Both the position numbers and the translations under genes were made by a program. The notes beneath the pieces are model-generated. The model was given only the letters and a program-made list of their open reading frames with translations. It had not been told where the DNA came from and did no database searches. Of a DNA stretch of 64,000 nt, positions 12,101-24,700 are shown one piece after another (the first letter of the stretch is position 1; the number at the start of each line of letters is the position of its first letter). The stretch comes from Bugula neritina (Eukaryota; Animalia; Bryozoa): positions 12,212,818-12,276,817 of the forward strand of contig OZ037772.1 of NCBI GenBank assembly GCA_964035545.1, in the 5' to 3' direction.

Positions 12101-15100
12101 CCACTACTCTCACCTGAGTACCACTCTCACCTGAGTACCACTCTCACCTGAGTACTACTCTCACCTGAGTATCACTCTCACCCGAGTACTACTCTCACCC
12201 GAGTACTACTCTCACCCGAGTACCACTCTCACCCGAGTACTACTCTCACCCGAGTACTACTCTCACCCGAGTACTACTCTCACCCGAGTACTACTCTCAC
12301 CCGAGTACTACTCTCACCCGAGTACTACTCTCACCCGAGTACTACTCTCACCCGAGTACTACTCTCACCCGAGTACTACTCTCACCCGAGTACTACTCTC
12401 ACCTGAGTACTACTCTCAACTGAGTACTACTCTCACCCGAGTACTAGTAACTAGTAGTACACGCAGAGTACTAGTTACTAGTACTCTGCGTGTATCACTC
12501 TCACCTGAGTACTAGTAACTAGTATTATACCCTCAATGCATGTGGATATAATACACTAGCACGTAGAGGGAATAATCCAGGGTGCACCAGACCTGAGTAT
12601 TGTCAAATACTGCACTAGTGTTATGATAAATGATATGCTGTTATGTAATAACAACTCAGTAGACCTGCTAAATGAACATCAGAGGTGAGTGTGTTTTCAG
12701 TTTGAGGATGTTTCAGTTTGGATATTCTGAATTGGGGAAAATATTTCTCCCTGTTTAACTCTACTGCTAACATTTTGCTTTTAGTAGAAAACAATTTTAT
12801 ACTGACTGAAACCCAAACCAACAGCCTTGTGAAGATAGAATAGGCCTTGGGTGTTATGAAAGTACCAGGGTTCTTGTCCCTGCTGGACTCTATGGGGGAG
12901 TCAGCAACTCTTGACTCATAGTGTTGAAAAATATTGCAATGAGCACCAATCCTAATGGACTGGAAGAATGATTTAAAAGGGAAAGGTATGAGCAGATAGT
13001 GGAGATGAACACGTGACAGCTCTGTGGACAGGTGGACAGGTACCCTCTGTGGACAGGTGGACAGGTACTCTCTGGGGACAGGTGGACAGGTACTCTCTGG
13101 GGACAGGTGGATAGGTACCCTCTAGGGATAAACTCACCTTTTTGAAATCCTTGAGTTCGAAGAGATCGTAAATCTCGAACAGTTCTGCGGTTTTCATGTT
13201 GAAGTGAACTCGGCAGGCGTTGAGGAACCATCTTATGTTCTTACTGCAGAGGAACTGCAACAGAAGGGATACTGGAGAGTGTATTGAGAAGTGTGCAGGA
13301 GAGGGTCTTGTAACACTGGCATATACATCATCGGTCGTACTGAATATCATTTATATACACATTGAGGGTGTGAGTAGGAAAGTTAATTCCAGGAGGGTGA
13401 AGACTGAATTTTAATATGATTCTATACACTAGAATATAATATACTATAGACTATACTATAATTTAAAATATAATATAAATTATGTTCTAATTTAAAATAT
13501 AATATAGATTATGTTATAATTTAAAATGTACTATAGATTATGTTATAATTTAGAATATACTATAGACTATACTATAATTTAGAATATACTATAGATTATA
13601 CTATAATTTAGAATATACTATAGACTATACTATAATTTAGAATATATTATAGATTAGACTATAATTTAGAATATACTATAGATTATTTTATAATGTATAA
13701 TAATCTATAGAGTATATAGTATAGATTACACTATACTGTATAACATGCTATACTAGATCATAAACTTAAATCTAGAGCCTATACTATAGATTATACTACA
13801 TAGTGTAATATACTATACTACATAAAACAGTATGCTATATATTTTAGTATAGTATAGTATAGTAGGTTAGGAGTATGAAAGGAGGCAAACTTAGATATAA
13901 TGCTGTACGAGCACAGATTACTGAGTGCTTCTACCTGCACAGCTGCAGGTACTGTAGGAGATACTCAGGCATAGTACAAGGTTTAGTTTATTGCTACTTG
14001 CCAAGTGCCCTTCAATATGCATATAGCCTTAATCATCCTTCATTTACATGAGGCAGTACCTATTTATTACTTTTTCATAGGGCACTACAAATTATTGCAG
14101 GCAGTTCAGAAGTTTTATAATGGCAATGGATGCAGCTTGCTTTACTTTATGTAAACAGCAGAACTTGGTTTATGACTGTAAACAGCCAGTGTAAATGAAG
14201 GCGAATTCAATTAATCCTCAAGGTCAAATAAAGGTAACATCCCATAGTCTGTGTCAATATCATTGCACAATACTCATTTAATCAAATTTTACTGATAAAG
14301 ACACCATCAGCAAATATAATGAGGGAGAAATCATACAGCCTTCTAAGGCAAGTTCAAACCTACACTTTAAATTGACCACTAGAAAGCAGACTAACTATAT
14401 ACTGAATACTTCATTCTAATTACATTTAATTGTAATTAATAGGTACCAAAGCATCTGCATACGCCACTCAAAATACTAGATGAAAATTAGTAGAAAAGAG
14501 AAAATATATTTCTAGCGTTTAAATACCTAATTCTAAATCAATTATTAAAAGCAATTGTCATTAATCAGTGATGATTTCAGTAGGTTTACATAACCTTATA
14601 TTATATTGTATACAAAGGTTGGAGAGATACAAGTGGTAGATTACATATCGCGATTATAATTGTACAGCCCAATAACTACAATTGGTTTTAGAAATTAGTA
14701 CTCATGTATACTTGCATTAGCAAAATCTGCTAATTCACTAGCTAATAGGTATAATTGTGATAGGCTACTAAAATTAATAAAACAAAACCATTGTAAGTGG
14801 AAGTAGTATAAAGTGTTTTTTAAAATACAATTAGGACCTTTATACCATAAGATAAGCATTCTTTTTCTTATATACAAATATACAAAATATTAGTTCAATA
14901 TCTAATGATATGTATGCAAATGATAAACAATTACTAAGGTATATCATTTTATTTTTACTAGTAAAACCGAGTCAGTACAATATTATTTGATATTTCTGAA
15001 CCAAGTATAATAGCATTTTTAAAATAAAAATACTTATTTAAGATTTCTTATTATTACATCTTTACTTGTACTATTGCTATATGAGGTTGGCAACATTAAA

Positions 15101-15780
15101 CTTAAAGTAATATTAAAAAGTCGAATTTAAACTTAAAATGCAATTGCAAAAATTGAAATACTAAGTGATAATTTAAACTATTACTACTATTAGTATTCAT
15201 ATTTAAGGTTATTAAATAAGTAAAAATGTCAATATAAAATTAGCAGATATGAAATAATTAAAAAGTTATAGCAATGATAACTACTACTACTACTAGTAAG
15301 ACAATAAGTCAAAGTAAGACAATAAGTCAAAGTATGACTTAGACTAACTCTAAGAGTAAGAGTAAGTCAAAGTGTAACTCATGAAATTGAATTTAATTTT
15401 ATGAAATTCCGAGTACTAAAAAGGTTAAACATTACTACTCATACTAAAAAAACACAATTTATATTTTAAGCAAACAATCGTAAAGTCTCAAACTTAAAAG
15501 TTAGACAAAGTTTAAGACTGAAGTACAAAAAATTAAAGTTGATTCGACTGATTCTCATTCTGAAAGTGAAACTCAAACTGCAACCTACCTGTGAAGATTG
15601 TGGTCGAAGAGAATAATCTCTGTCGTCAATAGTAGGTTTTAAAGTAGTAACAAGCTGGCATAAAATAACGCCATCTCTTAAACATTGTGCAAAATCTGAG
15701 ACATTGTGGCCCATAAATTCATAGGGCAAAACTTTGCATCTCTGCAGCCAGTCTAGGCAGAGTTCCCACTCTTCAGACAT
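1..15780 (-). CDS. VAV: Vav-family guanine nucleotide exchange factor (Vav-A), spliced, 3' end beyond window start
   Basis: 22 frame-consistent GT-AG exons: 15589-15780, 13138-13254, 11089-11150, 10822-10878, 10050-10155, 9649-9703, 9156-9271, 8509-8712, 8292-8387, 7554-7736, 7253-7344, 6984-7029, 4749-4832, 3291-3403, 2881-3014, 2558-2611, 1843-1881, 915-1037, 690-802, 461-520, 229-284, 1-53. Domain order CH (WELCLDWLQRCKVLP, LRDGVILC), acidic region, DH (ETEENY, LRDLLMVPMQR, VNEVKRD), PH, C1, SH3 (YQGLPPPP, WWMG, GYFP), SH2 start (YPWYIG) is diagnostic of Vav. An in-frame upstream ATG exists at 15810. Confidence 0.95.
308..452. repeat. About 48-bp tandem repeat x3
   Basis: AAAGTGATGTGGGCTGTACTGTGA...AGATAGTAGATACT. 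Confidence 0.85.
841..933 (-). repeat. 30-bp tandem repeat x3 spanning a splice donor
   Basis: ACTCGCACACTTACCCTGTGAAAACTTGAA-like units. Confidence 0.9.
1918..2462. repeat. Minisatellite built on TATACATCTTATACC / TATATC units
   Basis: Direct inspection. Confidence 0.95.
2558..7344 (-). CDS. VAV: Vav-A PH and C1-like domain exons 11-16
   Basis: LEDYGHLLKDGELK, RYIFLFDKVMLMCK, KKKWIDSINMAM; C1: ECDACEKLLAGCFYQGYLC...AHKHC. Confidence 0.9.
3094..3280. repeat. (ACT)n microsatellite
   Basis: Direct inspection. Confidence 0.95.
6356..6726. mobile_element. PIF/Harbinger (Tourist-like) MITE in Vav-A intron 12
   Basis: About 37-bp TIRs starting AGGCCTGGCCACACACTCGTGA; 3-bp TTA duplication at 6353-6355 and 6727-6729; 371 bp, non-coding. 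Confidence 0.85.
7554..9703 (-). CDS. VAV: Vav-A DH (RhoGEF) domain exons 6-10
   Basis: CIEELIETEENYV, LVLYAEYC, GKFKLRDLLMVPMQRIMKYSLLLQEL, DIAYYVNEVKRD. Confidence 0.93.
8860..9100 (+). mobile_element. tRNA-derived SINE copy
   Basis: B-box GGTTCGAGCCC then GGTGATGTTAGGAAGAGCATCCAG core; homologous to the inverted copy at 31833-32038. Confidence 0.8.
10050..10878 (-). CDS. VAV: Vav-A acidic autoinhibitory region with three regulatory tyrosines (exons 4-5)
   Basis: EDDIYKNL, DEDIYGPI and GDKIYEDL correspond in order to mammalian Vav1 Y142, Y160 and Y174 motifs. Confidence 0.9.
11089..15780 (-). CDS. VAV: Vav-A calponin-homology domain exons 1-3
   Basis: MSEEWELCLDWLQRCKVLP...FAQCLRDGVILCQLV...RPQSSQ/FLCSKNIRWFLNAC...LFELKDFKK/VMNTLSTLS follows the Vav N-terminal CH pattern. 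Confidence 0.93.
12103..12446. repeat. 17-bp minisatellite CTCTCACCCGAGTACTA, about 20 copies
   Basis: Direct inspection. Confidence 0.95.
13020..13125. repeat. 25-bp tandem repeat GGACAGGTGGACAGGTACCCTCTGT, about 4 copies
   Basis: Abuts the Vav-A exon 2 donor. Confidence 0.9.
13428..13700. repeat. 29-bp AT-rich minisatellite
   Basis: AATTTAGAATATACTATAGATTATACTAT units. Confidence 0.9.
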
Positions 15781-17337
15781 GATGGTTTGTGAACTTCCGT
15801 ATCTGGTCATCCGCTAGTAGGCGCTCAATCGACACAAATTGAAAATGCATCTGATAAAAACGAAGCATGAGGGGATGAAATGTTTACTATAGTAACTACA
15901 GAGAGTTGACAACCCTCACAAACAAGCCAATTTCTGAGAGTGAGTTTGCAAATGCAGTCTGATTGAAAGCAACTAGTTATCGGCAATCAGATACAGATAC
16001 AGATATCAGATACAGACGCTATAAGACACCTATGAAATCTCAATCTCTACTGTATTCTGAAAATAAATGAGCTCCTAAATCACGCAACATAATATCAATA
16101 AGAATTCATTTCAGTTTCCTTAGACCTCATTGCACCATTCCTAGTCCTACTCTATTATTTTATAACCATAACACATAAATAATAATTATAATCGTTTTTA
16201 CTCAGCAATAGTATTACTATAGTAGTAATACTGACTGTAAGTCCAAGAGCGATAGTAAAACTAAATCAGTAAATGTAATGCTTTTACTAGTACTAGTGTT
16301 ACTAATACTAATAGTAATGGTAATAACAATTCTAGTAGTACTAATGTCTAATCCTTACGTTACACTTACTCTTCTTACTCTCAGTAATAATTATAATATA
16401 ATATTAATTATAAATATTAAGGCTAAGTCTAATAGTAATAGTAATAGTAATAGTAAAACTAAATCAAAATGTAATACTAATAGTTATAGTAGTTTGAGTT
16501 TAACTAATAACGATAATATTAATAATCAATACAATAACTATAAGTATAAGTTCAGTATGAGTATAAGCTATAGATAATAGTCTACAAGTATTAATATAAT
16601 TATATATAACATTAACATCAACTTTCACTTTAAATTTTTACTTTTAGTTTAACTTTAAAGTGAAAGTTAATGTTAATGTTATATATAATTATATTAATAC
16701 TTGTAGTTGTAGACTATAGCTTATACTGAACTTATACAGTACTTATTGTATTGATTATTATTATCATTATGATTATCATCAAATTATTTTTATGATACTT
16801 TAAGTTTAACTCTAACTTCAACTTGTACTGTAGTTTAAGTACCAACTCTGAGTAGTTTAAGTTATACTTGTAGTTAAAGTTGTACTAATATAGTAAATGT
16901 AATACTGGTATCTGATAATCATTATCACTTGTCATTGTGATTGTCATAGATATAACTTCATGACCGAGTTTGAATTAATAAAATAAGTTGAGAAATAATT
17001 TTGAAGTTCATTTACTTAGGTCAGCCCTAGCCCATGTTCAAAAAATATAAGTAGTAATAAGAGTAGTAGAGAAAGTAGTAATAAGTGACAATAGTAGAAG
17101 TTACAGTAATTAGTATTACGTATGCAGTCATACTAGATATATTGTACTAATAGTCACAGTAGTCCAATAGTAGTAATAGTAGGAGTAATAGGTAGTCTGT
17201 TGCTGTGTAGTCAGTGTTGCTCAATCAAGCCGATTTACTAACTTCGATGTAGATGGATATAACTTGGCGGCTGTGAAAGATGTGAGATACAGATTCATAT
17301 TTATCCAACCTTAGCTCGACACCTGTCTTCCAGCATC
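15781..17337. promoter_or_regulatory. Divergent (head-to-head) upstream region shared by Vav-A and MEGF8
   Basis: Start codons on opposite strands only about 1.56 kb apart; transcription starts not visible from sequence. Confidence 0.6.
16512..16767. repeat. Long inverted repeat (foldback)
   Basis: 53-bp arms 16582-16634 and 16654-16706 with one mismatch, 19-nt loop, extended by gapped outer arms. Confidence 0.9.
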
Positions 17338-18751
17338 ATGAAGTGTCTTATGACATTAGAGCAGGTAAAGTATCATTCAATAATTTATGTATTTTCGGAA
17401 TGCTTGAAATAACTCGCGGATATACAGCTTTACAGTTTATATACGCTTACAGTTGTCTAACATCAAATCGGTCAACCTGGATAGTGATAAACTATTATTT
17501 TAGGGCATCGTATTGCATATCCTCTTCTCTCAAATTTCATTCATCCTCGGGGACTGCCCTCAGAGGAAACTACTGACTGACGAAGTAGGAGAGATCAGCA
17601 TGACCTATCAGGATTATCCCATAAACAGTTACTGCCAGTGGCTTATTCAGAGTGAGTATGCGTTTGAGTACAACTATGCAAGTTGTAAATAGCAGTGACT
17701 GTTTTTCATCATATTTAAAGTTTTTAAAAAGTTAGTACGAGTTAGAAATTATGTGTTTTTTGCATTATTTTATCAATTCAAAAGAGAAATTACTGTGTTG
17801 AATCAGGTTTTAGATGCTTTCTAAACCTTTAGAACCTTTTCTCTCAAACTTAAATTTATATCATATATTATTGTTATTAGGATTCTGGTACGAATTATTT
17901 GTCCCTTACTGTAAAACTTGCCATGTTGAATTTTTGTTAAATATCTGTTTTGAAACATATTATGTACTGCCCAATTATTCTACTCAAACCGCTAGTTTTA
18001 TTTGAGACTGTTTTAACCTTAATACAACTTATTCTTATTTTTCTATTTTCTAGGTGATGGAAGCAAATATATAAATATTCAATTTGATAAGTTTCTCACT
18101 GAGTGTGACTATGACTATCTCTACATCTATGAAGGAGACTCATTTTCCAGCGTGCTCATTGGTTCATACAGTGGCGGTACAATACCGGACTCCATCAGTG
18201 TGAAATCTAGCGCAGTATGTATCCATCTAGCTCAGTATGTTTAAATTATGCCTAGTTCATCTACATTCAGTTTCAGACTGAAGTTCTAACTTTGAAACCA
18301 GGGCAGTGATTAAGCTCTGTGTAGCAGCAGCTAAGAATAGCTTGCAATGAAAATCAGTTATAATTATTATTAGTTTTATAACATCACGGACCTCAGAGCC
18401 GATTGAAACTGTCATCAGCAAGTGATGAGAAATCTCAAATTAATTCAAGATGCGTTTGCACAGAGTTAATAATAAAACACAATCACTTGAGCCCCTCAAA
18501 TAGTCTGTAAATGGTAGATAAAAGCTAAGATATATATAGATATTTCACTAAGTGTCCGAGATTCTGTAACACAAAGTGGTTGTTCATTGTGCTGACATAA
18601 CCTACAGGTTCTGCTGCCAACTTCCCCGTTACTGACCAATAAAATCAACTCTTATGCTTGCAGGTGCTTGTCCACTTCTACTCTGATCTCAATTACAAAC
18701 CACCTATCGGAAACTTTAGACTTCTCTATTCTATGACAGACTGCAAATTTG
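17338..18751 (+). CDS. MEGF8: MEGF8 signal peptide and first CUB domain (exons 1-4, all missed by the ORF track)
   Basis: [31 protein letters not shown]...[12 protein letters not shown]/...[17 protein letters not shown]...[16 protein letters not shown]. Confidence 0.88.
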
Positions 18752-21700
18752 GTGAGTGACTTTTTACAGATCATAGCTTATGCGGTTAGCTGTTTGTAAT
18801 ATTTTATCTAGAAAATAATTTAAACAATGGGGACTTTAGCTGAATACATTTGCCTGTCATTTTATTTAATTTAATTTTATTTTATTTTAGTTTATTTAAT
18901 GATATAACTAACGTACTAAACATGTGACACTTTCAACTTGTGAATAACATGGAAAATCTTCTTACATGTAAAGTAAAACTTGCTGTAGAACTGAGCTATG
19001 GTGTATTTTTAGATGCAGTGCCTATCGTAAATAAGTTGCTTGTTTTGTTTGTGTTTAAGTTGTTATCTGTTATCTAATCATTGTGATCTGTTGAGTTTAT
19101 TAAAGCCAGTGTCAAATTGTAACTTGACACTGGCTTTCATTCCATTTATACTTTTAATATTTTGTTAAACATCGTAGGCATCCAGGTTATTTTGATAAAA
19201 TAAATTACTGTTAATTAAAGATCATACTTTTTTAGTTGCATTCACAAAATATATACAAAAAATCTCAATTCGATATACCAGAAAAAATGAATTAAAATAT
19301 ATGTGTTAATAGCACTGATATTGACGTGACCGTGGCACATGAAAAATCTGAAAAAAGAGTTGTCTTCTATTTTTCTATATTGATATATAGAGCTTGCCGT
19401 GAAAATAAAGATTTTTTTAAAAAAATATTGTGACCCTCTGGTAACTTCCTGAATTTAGAAAATCAGCTCATATATTTCTTTTTATGTGGACAACAGCTCA
19501 CTTTTTTTTAAATTTATTTTGAAGCTCTTTTCGTAAAAAATAATCAAAAGTAAAAAATCCAAAATTTTTACAAATTGGTTCGGGGCTTGAAGTGAAAGGC
19601 ATTTGGACGAAGATGTCAAGGTCACCATTAAGAAATTTATTTTATCACAATTCACAATACTGCACGGAAAGTTAATGAAGTGAGCTGAAAATTAGGTTGC
19701 TAGCATATTGATATACATTATATTGATTGTTGCAGTATTATTTTTTAAATTTGTTTTGTTATCAGTTATGTTTAACTTCTTCATAGAGCTGCTGTTAGAC
19801 TAAGAGTAAGACATAATATTAGCAACAAAGATAATATTAAATTAAAATCATTATTAATAATAATTTCACGGTGAAGTATGAGTATCACTATCACTATGAG
19901 TATGAGTATCAGTATTGTATAAATTAATTATGAGTATTAGTATCACTATGACATTAACTCAATCAGTGATTGACTATTACTATGAATATGACTATGCATA
20001 ACTCAATGAGAATATCAATATGAATATGGCTTCTAATTCTTGTAACTTTTGACTATGGCGATGCTGATAGTGATAGTGAAAGTGATAATCACTACCAGCC
20101 CAAGTCTCATACTCATAGTGATACTATTACTATTGTCTTTTAGTATTAATAATTAGTATTACTATTAGTACAACTACTAGTATTACTCATAGTTCTGATA
20201 ATGATGCAGATGATAGTTTTAAAAGTTCTACTTCTACTTTTATAGTAAGCTAGATTGTATATGTTGAACTCTACTCATTTTTTACTACTAATGCTAATAC
20301 TAATAGTAATATTAATAATAATTATATTTGTTATAATGATAGTAATACTAATAGTAATAATAACTATTTCAATATGATAATTTATGTTTTACAACAGCAT
20401 TATCGCTTATCAATTACATTGGTTCATAATATGCTTATTTTAATTTTGCTTTGTGTGTTTTGTCATGTTGTAAATTTAAGCTCATATGGTTATTTAATGA
20501 ACTAGAGAACTAGCCAAATGTTATGTAACGATTGCAATAATTTACTATAAACTCAGTGAAATTTAAAACCTAATTGATATTACTATGACAATGATTGTAC
20601 AGAGGTAGCTAAAATATACATTAAATTACCAATAATTTTAACTCGCCAATACACTATGAGTAAAACAATCAAATGCAATGATAGAAAATGAATTAGTCAT
20701 AGCAGCCCGTTGCTTGAGGAACATTGAGCTACAGGTCTAAAATGATTTAGTTTTGTGATCCCTTATATAACAAAATAATTTTTTTTAAACTGGTTTGATA
20801 CTTTTATTATAAACACGCTTATCAAAGTAACATGTTTTTGATGTATATTCTATTAAAAAATCAATCACACCAGGTTTTCAATTTGTATGTTGTGCAAAGA
20901 TTATTATGGTGACAAGTTACTAAATTATATGGTTCAGCTTTGTAAAGTAAAGCTGATAAAATAAATACAATTATGTGATTGTTTTACTGCTATATATTAA
21001 ATTTAAATGAGTTGAATAATATCCTAGTGCAGTGAATTAGATATTTTTTTAGTTTTGGTACACTTGTTTGTTAGAGGCTAACATTCCACCAATAGAAGAA
21101 TGGTGCAAGTAGAAGAAATTTCAGGCGCAGAAAGCTAAGGAGCAGTCAGAATGCTGCCAGAGTTGTGAAGAGGCACTTGAAAAAGCTGAATTTCAATAAT
21201 GACATGAAATTCGTAACAGATCACCCTGGTGTAATTGAACTGACATGGCCAGCAGAGTTCTCGAAGTCACGTACAACAGCTATTTACATCATCATGGTTA
21301 GCTTAAATTTAATTCCTATATCAGTCTCTAATATATAGTTTGATATCTGCTGTAAATTCGCTTAAGGAGCATACACATAACCAAAACTGAGTTACACTAT
21401 AGTATTTGTTCTTGAATATATTTACCAAGATAAGTAGATTTGCTAATTCATTAACAGTAAAATTATAATGATACAACAATTTTTCTTTTAGATGATTCAA
21501 TCAATAACGCAAGACACTACAACATGGTTTTGCAGTTATAGAGTATTAATTTTCTGGCTCTTTCCAAATCTTCATAGAAGGCAAAGAAAACCACTGTCAG
21601 CTTGCCTTTATAACTGAGTGCACGCGTCTTCCACCTACAGATGATGATAAAGAATTTGCTGGTGTGGAACTTTCTAATTTTGTTTACAATGAAGATAGAT

Positions 21701-24700
21701 TATAGGACATTATTCTTTATGTAAAGATTGTCAAGTTTTGTTATAATTAAGAACAGTTTTAGTTTCAATAAATCAGTTCAACATTATGGACATCATTGCA
21801 CAAACATTTTAATCTTTACTATCTACAAAGGTATCTGATGACTACTTGAAAATACAAAACTATGCTCCAGATACACAATGAACTGACCAGCAAAGTTAAA
21901 ATGAGTTGGAGATGTAGAACATAATATCTTGTTCAAGGCTTTTCCCTGCTGTTGGAACCTTCTACTTCAGAACACTGAATTGAACAAACATATGTAGATA
22001 TATGAAACTTTGCAAACAATAATAATGTGAAATTAGTTGCTAAGTATCACATTGCTAATAAATACAGCATTGTGTAATGTTTTATTTAATTTTTTAATTT
22101 TACTATATTATAACTAATAAATTGCAGACACATTATGTCAGACCAGTTTCCATTTAAATAGAATAGTGTAGGCTATCAAATTTGTAGAAGTAAAAAACCG
22201 CATTCTTATTGAGTAAAATACTTGCCTTTTTTCATGATGCCTCTACTGCTACAAAGAGAAGTTTTTATCAATACAGCTCCATCAATCTGTATCCTGATGA
22301 AGCTAGTAGTTTAGGAACATTTGTGGCGGGGAGTGTAGGCTGAGCTGCAGTATAGGAAGAACCCCAACATATGTAATCTATTCAGCACATTATATGTATA
22401 TTTATTCAAAAAAGAGTTTAGAAAATGCTTTATGAAGCATGAACAAAGTAAAAATTAATGCTGGTGAAAGTAATATTATTACACCCATTAGAATTACTAG
22501 CAGCTATAGCATTAAAATTATGTATTTTCATAAAAATTTGTCTAATTTATGCTACAAAGTTATTACTGCCAAAGGTTACAAAATTTACCAGTCACATTCA
22601 TGCAGCTGGCAGAGAATAACTAACTTTCACATGCAATAAATACAATTAGTAGCTCAATCTAAAACTAATGCGCTATTAAATGTTAGGAGTATAAGTTATA
22701 GTTATTCTAAGGAATAATTGCAAAAAAAGTTACTTAGAGGATTTTAACTCTTATTATAATGTAATTATCTTCCAGGATATATTACAACATCACTACTTGG
22801 ATGCATACAATGTCATATTTATATTGGCATCGACATAATTTTCAATAATTTCCAATCTATTAACTTGAGCCTTATGATTGTGATTATTTTATAAATAAGG
22901 CGATGATTAGGCACTGTTGGTATTTTGGTTCAATTTAGTAATAGCTGTAACAGGGAGAGTTGTATATATATAATGGATATATCAAAATTCCAATGGGTAT
23001 AGTACTCTAACACAACATTGATACTAATAATTGTAGTCACTTACTCTTAGAGTTAGTGAATAATGATACAGCCATAACAATCTGAATATCAATCAGCATT
23101 AGAGATAGACTGACTGCTTTATAATATTATAGTTATTATGTCAAATTGAATTTATTCACTATAACTATAAAAATTATGATTATAATTATAAATTAAAATA
23201 ATTTAAATATTATATAATATATTGATAATTATTGGAATCATAATTATATTTATTGTTATGATCATTATGATTATAATTATTTAATATTATCTTTATGTTT
23301 GTATTTAAAGTTGTTCCTTAAATGTAAAGTTGTTTAAGTTTTACAAATTTATTATAATTATATTACTGTATAAGTATTGCTATTAGTATTAGTATAATTA
23401 AATTATTATAATTTATATTTTATTATTTATATTTATTTTACTTTTTATTTTAAGACCAGCAGTTCAAATTAATACTTGTTTCGTTTGCTTTATACTATAA
23501 CTTACAAGTATAACTATTAACATAATATTACATTTGCCATTACTATAAATATAAATATTTATATAGCTATGACTATCAGTATCACTTATAACTAATACTA
23601 TAAGTATTACTATTAGTATTAGTATTACTATTACTATTAGTTTCGAAACTGATCCTGCTCCGTAACATACTGATACGGTCATATGATTATCATTATGATT
23701 AATAATATTAATAGTATTAATAAATATAACCATTAAATATTATTAATAATACTAACAGTCATAGACAATAGTCAATAAACATAGTCATAGTCATAATGAT
23801 ACTCACACTGATACTCATATTGATACTGTGATACTCATACTGATACTGATAGTCATTCACTGATTCACTTTCAGTTACAAATTTTAAACTTGGTGTTCAA
23901 GGAGACAAATAGTACTACTAACCTATAATCCATCACAAAACCGTTGAAAATCATCATTTACTACATATTTAAGAGTAATTTTCTGGTAGTGTGGTCGACA
24001 TGATAATTGAAATTAAAATAGTGAAGATCATTATATTTTTGTGATTTACAGCAAGTTACAAACTAGCGAAATGGAATAGTCGATTTGAAAACAGTCAAAT
24101 TAGTTATCTTTCTTGCTGTTGCGTAGCTAACGTTAGTTATTAGTAGCCGCCCGAAGAGTAACATTCATGTGATTTGAGCTATGAATGACGAGAATCTGAG
24201 ACAAACCCGCCTTTAATAACTTTACGCGGTATAAACTCACGCTACAATAGGGCTATTTTGCCATCCCCACGTCAGAATGGGACACGGAGGGCAAGCTCGC
24301 GGGCAAGTCTGGGCAAGTCTAAGACACCTAATATGACCACTTTTACTTGCATTTTTGCAGTGTTTTCGTATAAGAAATTGGATGAAATGCTGATAAAACA
24401 GTTGAAAAGCATGCAAACTTTTGCTCAAATGTAATAAATAACCTGGATGCTTACGGCCTTTAAGTTGATTTATCCAACACACTGTTAGATTTATCAGTGT
24501 GATTAGCAGATGCGTAAGACTAAATTTTAGCATCAAATTTTGAAACAGAAAATTAAATTTTGTTGAAACTTCTTGGCACAGAAGCAGAATATTTTCCAGG
24601 GTATGTCAGAAGAATTCATAGCTGAAGAAGCTTTATTCTGGTTGGCTAAGGTTTTGTTTCAAGTTTTTTGACAGTTTGGAAAATTAACGCAATGAGAAAG

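Larger units (their letters stand above)
19169..24459. mobile_element. Kolobok-like DNA transposon (decayed) in MEGF8 intron 4
   Basis: 24-bp TIRs ACATCGTAGGCATCCAGGTTATTT and (reverse complement) AGGCCGTAAGCATCCAGGTTATTT, 4 mismatches; TTAA on both flanks (19165-19168, 24460-24463); internal KolX-like and transposase-like remnants in convergent orientation. Confidence 0.8.

Noticed and set aside
12103-12446. CRISPR-like array (also 59945-60476 and 47806-48117)
   Set aside because: Head-to-tail repeats without unique spacers, in eukaryotic introns, no cas genes
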